Assembly (NCBI GenBank): GCA_012295275.1
Contig: CM022672.1
Span: 1,922,001 to 1,986,000, forward strand
DNA from: Chrysomallon squamiferum
Lineage: Eukaryota; Animalia; Mollusca
Length of the DNA: 64,000 bases
Reading direction: 5' to 3'
Positions 53,709 through 64,000 of this stretch are shown in pieces. Within the stretch, counting starts at the first letter, position 1. The number at the start of each line of letters is the position of its first letter. The position numbers and the translations under genes were made by a program. The notes under the pieces were generated by a model that was not told the DNA's origin, made no database searches, and saw nothing but the letters and a program-made list of their open reading frames with translations.

Positions 53709-54689
53709 TTCCCTTCTAGTTTTAAAATATATTTTACAATTTTAAAAATTCTGCTGAACTATACTGCTGAAAACAGTCTATGATTCAGTAAAATTACCAG
53801 CAAATTACCTAATCAATTCTGTAGAAAAAATTTAATGTGCAATGTATTGATTTAAATAATGTTTTTTTTCTCTTTTGAATATTAATAAAAATAAATGAAT
53901 AATAATAATAAATGAACTTAAAACATTAAAATACTTCAACGTATGTCAGCAATAATAAATAAATAATTACCACTACTATAGCTAATGTTATCACCAGTAA
54001 CATAAACTATATTTTTCAAACAAATTTTAAAATATTGATATACTAATCAAAAGAACCACCACAACAATAACAATACTGATAAATTAATTTTCAAACTAAT
54101 AACATTACTGCTACCTCTTTTATTAGAATTACCACTGCTGCTGCTACTACTACTACTACTACTCCTACTACAACAACTACTACTTTTACTGCTAGCATCA
54201 TTACTATCATTACTGTTATTGTTATCACTTTTATTATTTTTCTAGCTGCATCACTGATACTGAAAAATAACAACAAAATATTAATCTTCACCGTCATCCA
54301 GAATCCACTATTAGTTGTCATGGAAACTGTTCTGTGTAGAAAAATGGTTTAGGAAGTGTAGATTTACTGCTAATAATTTATAGATTCAATTATTTTCATT
54401 AATCCTCTCTTTGAAGAGAGAGAGCATCCTTTCATTTGATCCACTGCTTATAAAATATAATGGTAGGTAGACAATTCTCCTTTATAAATCATTGCTGCTT
54501 TGATTAAAATTTGCTAAGAATTCTGAGAAAAATAATAAATTAAACCCAGAATAACCCAGTCAAGTCTTCCCACCTGATTGAAAAGCTTGTGTAGTGAAAA
54601 AGAAATAAGATTTATTTAACTTGTGATAATGTGAATGAGGTTAAAAGGATCAGAGACAGAAAAAGAGAGGGAAAGTGGGAGGGAGGGGG

Positions 54690-54730
<41 letters not shown>

Positions 54731-55249
54731 CACACACACACACACACACACACACAGCTGTATACTCATATCCACACTCACTTACAAACACAAAATGAAA
54801 ACAAAACAGCATTAAATAATATTTGTGCTGCATAATAAGATTTAGTAATATATAGCCACTTAATAAATAAAAGTAATTCTATCTCTCTAATCTCATTTAC
54901 TCTGTTACCAAAAATAATGACAATAAAATCTAAAATAAATCTCTCTCTGTTGTATATTTACAATAAATTCTTCTATTATGGTTCTTTGCTGCACTTCAAA
55001 TACAAAAACTATTTGTGATTTATTACTTTACGGTACTTCTGTTTTATTAACAGTACTATTTTTGTCAACGAAACAAAGTGATTTATTGTTGAAAATCCAA
55101 ACAATTGCTCTGTCCATACACACTTTTCATGGTCAACCTTTAAAATAAATATAAAATAATAACAATAACAATAATTCAGCTCCTTCACAAACAGAAAATC
55201 TGGTACTAAACTGACAGAGGTCAGCTAAAATGCTACATAATCAAAGAAC

Positions 55250-55485
55250 ACAGGATTTGATTTATTTAATATCACACCACAACCATTTAATGTACAGGCT
55301 GTCTGGTTGAGGGTCACTCAGATGACTGCAAACTGAAAGCTGTTGCTGTCACTTCATGGGTTATTCATTTTCAGTTAGCAGCAAGAGATCTTACATGTCC
55401 TATCACTGAGAAGTCATTACATACCACACCAATAACCTTTGTTGAGTTAATTAAGAGTTAGTGGTTGGAATGGAAAAAATAACAA
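55250..55485 (-). mobile_element. Decayed SINE, family A
   Basis: cacttcatgggttattc...ttagcagcaagagatctt...cataccac...tggttggaatggaaaa. Confidence 0.55.
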
Positions 55486-55521
55486 TGAAGACAGTGATCT
55501 CTCATATGTAATTCAAAACTG

Positions 55522-55525
<4 letters not shown>

Positions 55526-55604
<79 letters not shown>

Positions 55605-55614
55605 ACACACACAC
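55526..55614. repeat. (CA)n microsatellite
   Basis: Seen directly. Confidence 0.95.
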
Positions 55615-56049
55615 TTGTGTTGTAATACATTGGTGGTCAGAGAAATGATGTACTTGATAACAAGCAGCACAGCACTGACCTTAGACTATTTAACCTAAAA
55701 CAGAAAAGAGGCCCAAATGGAAAAGTAAAGTTCTAGTAATTAACATAGCTTCTATATCGTTAATGCAGTATATGTCAGGTTTTGGATGTAACCAGCTACT
55801 GTATGATAAAGTGATGAAAACCAAGAAGAAAAAAAAAGAAAAAAGAAACCAAGATTTAAAAACAGTCATTAACATTTCCACTGTCACAGGCAGACCATTA
55901 TTAATGGAAAATGTAATGTTGATGACGTAGTTTCCCCAAAATATTGATTCTAAAGTCAGAACAGCTTTAAAATAAAATGTCTTTTTTCTACTTTTTTTTG
56001 TTTGTTTTTTTGTATTTGTTTTTTTTTGTATTTTGGGGGTATTCTACTG

Positions 56050-56240
56050 ATACACTTTATGGTTATTTAAACAAGGTTTCTGTCAAAATCACTCAAATAA
56101 GAAAAGAAACACACTGTTTTCATTACATAGGCTACTCCAGATAACAGCAAAATATCTTTTTTTTTATGCACCATTCCAAAGACAACCTTTGCTACACAAA
56201 TTCTGGAGCACTGGCAGGAACAGGAATTAGATCAATGACA
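56050..56240 (-). mobile_element. Decayed SINE, family A
   Basis: cataggctactc...aacagcaaaatatctttt...atgcaccattcc...gcactggcaggaacaggaa. Confidence 0.5.
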
Positions 56241-57162
56241 ATAGATTTCTCAATAAACGTATAGAATAAATGATAGCTACTACAGCAGAAACCAAGAACA
56301 ATAAAACAACAAACCAAAAACATAATAAAAGCATTAAGTTAAATGTATCGTCATTGTTAATTAGTTTTGAAAACATTTTTCTATTACCACTAACTGAACT
56401 GTAACAAAAATAAATGATTCATTTGTTCAGGTTCAGATTTGTTATTTATCAATAGCAGTTTAACCTGATGATTTGTGTAATTAGGCAATGCACTAACAGA
56501 ACAAATTTACATTATGTTTGTGTGTACATGTGTCTGTTGTGTTTCTGTGTATGTTTTGTTTCTGTCTGTGTATTTTATGTGTACATGCATGTGTAAGAGT
56601 GTGTGTGTTGTGTGTGTGTGTTGTATGTGTGTGTGTTTCTATCTGTACATTTATGTATATATGTATGAATGTGTGTTGTGATGTATGTGTGTGAATATAT
56701 GCAAGTCTGAGTCTGCATGGGTGTGTGTCTGTGTGTCTGTGTCTGTGTTTGTGTGACTACAGCAGAACTTGTTATACTTCATAAAATGTCACTTCAACCA
56801 AATGTTTTATTAATGTCATTGATAGGTATGATATTTACAATAAAGTATCTTTGTTTCTGTATGAAATTTGATACAAAATGATAATAATGATTATAAATAA
56901 TAAAATACTTTCACACCTGTCACTTGTAATTTATTACAAAATGGATACAGGTAATAAACCAGGTAATAATAAGAAACAAATGTTATGCATGTATATATGT
57001 GTATAGGTGTGTAGGTGTGTGTGTGTGTGTGTGTGTGTTTGTGTGTGTATCTCTCTATATAGATGTGTGTATGCATATATAGCCTCTGTGCGTATGTATG
57101 TATGTATGTATTTACGTTTGTATGTATAAATGTGTTTATGTAGGCATATATGTGTATATATA

Positions 57163-57193
<31 letters not shown>

Positions 57194-57571
57194 GTATGGG
57201 TTTGTATGTATTATATTACAATAATCTAATGATGTGTACAGTTTATGAATACAAATGAGCATGTTTAATATGGCTCAGGTTGTATATAAATATATGCACA
57301 TATACATATGCACATACACATATAACCTGTAAATCTTTATGCAAATTGGTATGTGTGTTCATGTAATAAAAATAATTAACAGCATCATAATGTAAAGCTT
57401 AGTACTTAACTGTTACCAGTGTGTGAAGTAAATAATATATTAACACACTTCTACATAGGGAACAGTTATTGTTTGTACTTTCATTAGCATAATGTAACAC
57501 AACCTGCTGGAAGAAAAATGTTTTGTAAGACAATTTGTTCCCTTCAGAGTCCAAAGATATAGAAAACTTGG

Positions 57572-57687
<116 letters not shown>

Positions 57688-57952
57688 AAAAGGAGTGAAA
57701 TTAACAGAGACAAAAAGAAAGTCAGAAAGAGAAATGAGACAATGAAAGAATGAGAAAGAGAGAAATGAACTATTAAACTGATTGATGTACTTTTCACAAT
57801 AAGAGAGGGAGAAGTTGACTGGTAAAGAGATACACTATACTGAAGTGTGGTACTTCTTGCTTGAAAAACTAGAGATTAGTAGTATATGCACCAGTTACTG
57901 GTGTTCAGTGATGACATAATACATTAGGAATGGATATGGTTTAAAAAAAAAA

Positions 57953-57983
<31 letters not shown>

Positions 57984-58462
57984 TAAGTACAGAAAAGATT
58001 TTTTCAATTATTTCTCTTATCAGTGATATAACTAAAAATATATATTTAAATATCATTCTGATATAAACCATAAAATGCGAAAATGAAACATTTATAATAT
58101 CATACAGCAATAATTATAATTTTAAATAGTATTGATTTATTTAAATTTTTCTGAGATAGGTTAGAGGTGTAAGGTTGCAATCTTTCGTTTTTCGTTTCTC
58201 TTTTTTTTTTTTTTTTCTTTTCTTTCTTCCTTTCCTTATTTCCTTATTATTGTTATTATTAATTTTTAATTTAATTGTTGCAAAATTCTAACTGATTTTA
58301 TATAATAGTTAATTCGAGCGACGCCACTGTTCCACTACAGTTCGTGCGAACGAGACTTAATGACGGACGTACGTACGTGTGTGTGTGTGTGTGTGTGCGC
58401 GCGCGCGTGCGTGTGACGCACTGGTAACGTGTAGTTAATATTTAATTTTTGATTACACTCAC

Positions 58463-58580
58463 CGCCGGATCCATAAGACGTGGTTGACTGGAGCGGTCGT
58501 CGAGACAGAGATCTTTTCACGAATTTTCTTTTTCTTTGTAGCTTCCGCAACGTTTGGCCCACTGCAAGCAAAACCATCAT
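58463..58580 (-). CDS. Candidate most-upstream coding exon of a large minus-strand gene (MMVLLAVGQTLRKLQRKRKFVKRSLSRRPLQSTTSYGSG + 1 nt, phase 1)
   Basis: ATG at 58580; 118 nt open frame (39 codons + 1 nt) ending at the donor GGCG|GTGAGT. Lies in the CpG-rich region. Possible acceptor ttcttttcacaag just upstream (AG at 58603-58604). Confidence 0.6.
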
Positions 58581-58767
58581 CGTTTCCAATCAACAACACA
58601 CACTTGTGAAAAGAATTTTTAAAAACATATTTATAATATTGAAAAAAAAAAAAAAAAAAAAAAAAATAATAATAATAATAAAATAAATTACGAACAAAAA
58701 AAAATATACATATATATATATATATATATCTTCCTAAGATCATCAATTAAATTTAATCCAGACTTAC

Positions 58768-58830
58768 TTCTCAGTGAAACAATTCCAACATGTTTTCTTC
58801 TTAGCGAGGTTATTCCCCGCTGCTTTAATT
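58768..58830 (-). other. Candidate 5'UTR exon end carrying a short uORF (MLELFH*)
   Basis: Donor GAA|GTAAGT at 58768/58767. Would define a 165-nt intron (58603-58767) to the acceptor in front of the 58580 ATG. Confidence 0.3.
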
Positions 58831-59340
58831 AAAGGTATCCTTTTTTTTTATATATATATATATATATATTTATTTATTTTCCACCAGAGAATGGGTCAGA
58901 AGTCACAAGCAAGAACAAACGAAAAACAACAAATACAATAAAAAAAAAGCACTGAATTAATAAAGAAAAGCGGCTAATCCGTGCTGCACGTGCACCTGTC
59001 TCGACGCGTTCAGAGTGACAGCGGCTACTTTTTAATCACCGCCAGTACTGACGTGCAGCAGCTACGACAGCGGTTGGCGCGAAATGAACAGCGCGTTCCG
59101 ATGACGCTGCGAAAAGTCCCGCTGTAGTTTGACGTCGACGCTGAATCAATCGTCAGTTCATTCACCTGGTACCGCTCGGGTAATCCGCATCGCCAGCACA
59201 ACACGAAGACAGTCGTTAAATAGATTATCAAAATCTGTTATCGACTCTTTTTTTGTTTTTTCCCCTTTTCTTTCTTTCTTTCTTTCTTTTGGTGAACCCT
59301 TGAAACACACGCACATAATATAATAATTATCTATACATCT

Positions 59341-59371
<31 letters not shown>

Positions 59372-59389
59372 TTTTTCTCTCTCCCTTAC

Positions 59390-59600
59390 CGAGCGCGTCC
59401 GAAATTAGTTTTATCCGCTGATCATCAGAAGAACTAAACGAGTTTGGTTGACGTGTTGCGAGTAAAGTGGTGGTTAAAGTATAGTTATGTCAACTGTTTA
59501 TTCGTTGTACGGATCATGGTAATGGCAGATACTGGTAGCTGGAAATACATTGGCTTGCAGCTATGTTGAAAGTGTGTATAATAATATCATACTGCAGATC
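59390..59600 (-). other. Candidate non-coding 5' exon (upstream boundary uncertain)
   Basis: Donor CTCG|GTAAGG at 59390/59389. No ATG-initiated frame reaches the donor. Confidence 0.35.
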
Positions 59601-60276
59601 CGTTACACGTACGGTAGACGGAATGAGACGAGTAGTTACGATTTAAACTGATCGTTCCCGCGGTTAGATTACGTCGAGCGGTAACCGTTAAAAATTTCTC
59701 TTCTCAGAAGACGAAAGGAAGAAGGAAAAAAAGAAAAAAAAAGAAATCGATGTTTGGTCATGCCCGCGCAGCACAGATGCAAGGAAATTGACAAGAGACT
59801 GACTGCAGTAGAACTTGGGTTTGTTTCATTCATAAAACGCGTAGCAGACGCTCGACTTGATGCGCCAGCACTGATGTAAGCGTGCACGAAGCGTAACAAT
59901 CCTGAATAATCTGGTTTACAAATGTCTGCCGCAAATTGAAAAATAAAGTAATGAAATATAAACGGCAGTCTGTTATTGGGTCCAAAAAAAAAAAAAAAAA
60001 AATAAAAATAAATAAATAATGTTTTTATTTTAAATCAATGAAATGACGTTCATATGTTTTGATTATTATGTAGTGTATTTGCACAGCTGATGTATTTAGG
60101 TACAAGAATGCGCAGATATTTGCCTGCGTTTATTTCCTGTGCATGGTAGAAGTAAAAACATAAATAAAATGAAAGTATCTGTCATATGCCATAAGTAGTT
60201 TTAAAAATAATCTGTCTTCTATAAATAATTATAACATAAACCAGAACTTTTTAATGACATGAAATACGAGGAACTG

Positions 60277-60315
<39 letters not shown>

Positions 60316-62191
60316 TAGTTACACTGATAGAATTGTAATAACAGTAGTAGCAGTTACAGAAATAGATTTGACAAAATTAATGATGCGGTAAAAACCCTTG
60401 AAATCGATTACTTTTACAAGAGACTTCTAAATATTTGAGTCCCGTTCACAAAACACCCAAAACAACTACACAAAAAAAGAGAAAAAGACAACAACAAAAA
60501 AAATGATGATGCTGGTCAGTAATAAATAAATTAAATAATTAAATAAGAAAAAAAAAAAAAATAAATAAAAAGAAGAAGAAGAAGAAGAAAATGCCCAGAA
60601 AGAATTAATATTATTTTAGTTCATTATTGTTAACATCATTATCATTATTAATTTGATTAATTTTTTTTTCCTCATCGTTTTATATTTAACAACTATTGCT
60701 TTGTACTGACTTTTAAAATTACTCTCAGATATTTTATTTTATTTTTCTTCATTATATTTTTTCTTTCTTTTTTTCTTTCTTTCTTTATTTTGCTTTGTTT
60801 AGTATTATTTTATTTTATTTATTTTTATTTATTTTCTATTCTTTTTTATTTTCTTTATATTTCTTTATTATTATAATTATTTTATTTTATTTTATTTTAT
60901 TTTATTTTATTTTATTCACTAGTATCACCTATGATTGTAAACGTTTGAGCTGGCATCACTTCAAGCCATATTTACAGAACACTGTTCATTTTTCAAAGAT
61001 GTATTTGACAGATCAATACTCTGCACATTTTCTGACGATGGTTTTTAATCACATTTTATCTGATACTCAGAAACACGATTAATTAAATTATTTTTTTTCT
61101 TTTACAACATTACTCTAACGATTATAATTATCATTTTTAATTTTTTATTATTATTATTATTCTTATTATTTTTTTATTTATTTATTAAAGTATTACTGAC
61201 TTATAAATTATGTATGAAATCGATAGAATTGCTCGTGGTAATAAAAATGACGCGTTATATAGAATTTATGAATATTATTTATTATTAACAACAAACTGTC
61301 GTCACAGTAAAAACAATAAAATAAAATAAATTAAAATGCTCTAGACAATAGACGATATATAAAATAATGTTATTTATTATTATTATAATTATTATCATCA
61401 TCATCATCATCATTATCATCAGTAGGAACAGCACTTGTAGCAGTAGTAACAGCAGTAATGGTAACAACGGTAGTAACAACTAGTTGTACTAGTAGAAATA
61501 GTAGTGATACTAATAATTAGTATTTTGATTTCTCAGCATATTTTGTATCAATGATTATCAGACGCAACATAAAAAATTTGTATATATCAAAGAGAAAATT
61601 ATTACGCAATCTAAAAATTGTCATGTGACCACTGTTGCCAACAGCATCTCAAGATCTTCACTACATTTTTATTTATTTTTTCTCTCTCCATAAATAATAT
61701 ATTTATTTTCCCCAGCGGCTATATATAACTGATCTGTGAATTGGGTGACATAAAACGAATCATGATTTTTGTTATTGACACATTCATTAAATTTATGATA
61801 GAATTTTGCTCCACTGAAGATTTTCTCTATGGCTTAGATTTATTAATATGAAGAAGTTTCTGTTGCTAATTGCAAAACAGTAGCTAAGCATGAGCTGTAG
61901 ATTGTTCTTCGCGTTTCATAATTAACTCTAAGTCTATTAGAAAATTGTTACTGCAGTTAAACGGAACCAAATTTTATCTGTAAAGTTAGTTCTCTGAATT
62001 TCATTTATTTGGGGGAGACATTACCTTTAATACCTGTTGTTACTTGAATTCCTTCACAGTATTATCTTGACGTGCATCTGGTGAGGTTAGAATAAACAGT
62101 TTAACGCCTGATCGCAAATCGTCTAATATAAACAATTGGGCGCTTGACTGAAAATATTGTTTCATTTGGCGAATATTCTGAAATAATACAT

Positions 62192-62194
<3 letters not shown>

Positions 62195-62281
<87 letters not shown>
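62195..62281. repeat. (CT)n microsatellite
   Basis: Seen directly. Confidence 0.95.
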
Positions 62282-62285
<4 letters not shown>

Positions 62286-62625
62286 CTCCTCAAAGACGAT
62301 TTATTACTTTGATACATCAATAAATGAATATAAATAATAAAGTACTACGTGTGTATGTATGCTTACGAATCAAGTTCAGACACACAGAGAGAGAGAGAGA
62401 GAGAGAGATTTATGCTGTATTTCGAAAAAAAATAGATATAATCACAGTGAAGAAAGATATATACAGGAGCAAACCAACATTTAAGAAAAGGTCAACTCCT
62501 TAATTATGAATAATGTTTTTACATATAAAAAGTGAAGAATTTTTTTTTTTTTTTTTTTTTTTTAATAAAATCCCAGTGTACACGGATGGAATACGAATGG
62601 GGTACACACTGAGTAAGAACACACG

Positions 62626-62659
<34 letters not shown>

Positions 62660-63033
62660 TTTAAAACAATTGTATGGTAATGTAAATCCTAAAGACCATT
62701 AATAATCATTCGTTAGTGTATCATAGGACATAATGTCTGGTCGTTCATTAAACACATCAATATCGATGTCTTTGAAACAGAGTTAGTTTTAACGACTATC
62801 ATAAACAAACGCTGTGTCTAATGCCCCCGAGGCAAGCCAGGCTGATCACACACACAGACAGAGCAGAATCCATCACGTCAGTAACTTGAATTTAGAAAGC
62901 CAACAGTATTTTCCGTTTACACTGTAACGCAATTCGCTTTACCGTAGATGCTCTTGCAAAAACTGTGCTGTTTCTTTTAGTCTTTTTGTTCTTCTTGAAC
63001 GAACTGATTTTTATTTTACTTTTCTTTCTCTGT

Positions 63034-63073
<40 letters not shown>

Positions 63074-63087
63074 ATGATGATGATGAT

Positions 63088-63131
<44 letters not shown>

Positions 63132-64000
63132 TAATAATAATAAAAATAATAATAAAAATAGTAATACATTGTTATATCTGTTACATCAACAATTATGACA
63201 ACGACAACAACAACAACAACAATAATAATATTAATAATCTTGTAGTAGTAATTCTTGTTGTAAAACATCAGATTCATTTACGCAGTAAGAGTAGCACTGG
63301 TTTTAGTAGTAGCCGCAGTAGTATTTTAAAGCAGCTTGAGCCATGAGGGTAATAGTACTTTTCTGTTGTCTGAATTCTAATTTGTTCTTCTGAATATCAT
63401 GTACTGAAAGTATTATCACTCGTCCAGTTGTGTCTTTAGCGTAGACGTTAATTCAAAATTTTAGCGACTTTTTAATATTTTAATTGTAAAGCGGCCAGCC
63501 GACTGCTGCATATACAAGCTACATCCATCCTTTTTGACATATTTAGATTCTAAGTTGTATTAATTTATAAATACTGCTGCTGAAAAATATATTCGAACCA
63601 TATATGTATATAAATAATTAAAAAATAATAATAATAAAACTTTACTATGCTGCTTAGGTAATGTAGTTTGCGTCAGTATTTTTGTGTTGTCGTTTAATAT
63701 CCAAATGTAATCACGCACTACTTAACAATAATTATTAATGCATAAACTGATTGTGAATCACTATGATGAATATCGTGCAAATACAGTGATGTCAATAAGT
63801 TATATAATTTGTCACAATATTCCAGTTAAATGATTACATAACAACTGTTTCCTGAACACAAAACAGCAGATCGAGACTTCTGCTAAAGACTGGTTGGATC
63901 AAATAACACGAGCCGGTGACATTGACGTTTTGACATGCACCAGTATGTTTGTTTTTATTACTGTAATTTCATAAAGAATTGTCATCAGATAAGAAAAATA

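Larger units (their letters stand above)
58300..59950 (-). promoter_or_regulatory. CpG-rich promoter / 5' region of the minus-strand gene
   Basis: Highest GC and CpG density in the window. Palindromic E-box TGCACGTGCA at 58985-58994; CRE-like TGACG sites at 59049, 59102 and 59130; minus-strand donors at 59389, 58767 and 58462. Confidence 0.65.

Noticed and set aside
59025-59899. Short ORFs in the CpG-rich region (59025-59231, 59129-59323, 59669-59899)
   Set aside because: Expected in GC-richer DNA; no recognisable protein and no matching splice sites.

Overview
AT-rich, microsatellite-dense animal genomic DNA. The SINE content suggests a mollusc, probably a gastropod (inference). There are no prokaryotic features, and essentially all long ORFs in the supplied track are artefacts of simple or tandem repeats. 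The best model is the 5' part of one large minus-strand gene. It has a CpG-rich promoter at about 58.3-59.95 kb, a CpG-depleted gene body to the left of it, and five short ATG-initiated exons that all end in a strong phase-1 donor (58463-58580, 32677-32695, 17387-17420, 5017-5041, 4141-4222). These look like alternative first exons that splice to a common exon beyond position 1. Other elements are a candidate 12-nt microexon, candidate recursive splice sites, non-coding 5' exons, a 1.8-kb array of a 28-bp minisatellite, a ~520-bp foldback, many decayed tRNA-derived SINEs, a BEL/Pao relic and several decayed ORF-like patches. The gene cannot be identified from this window.
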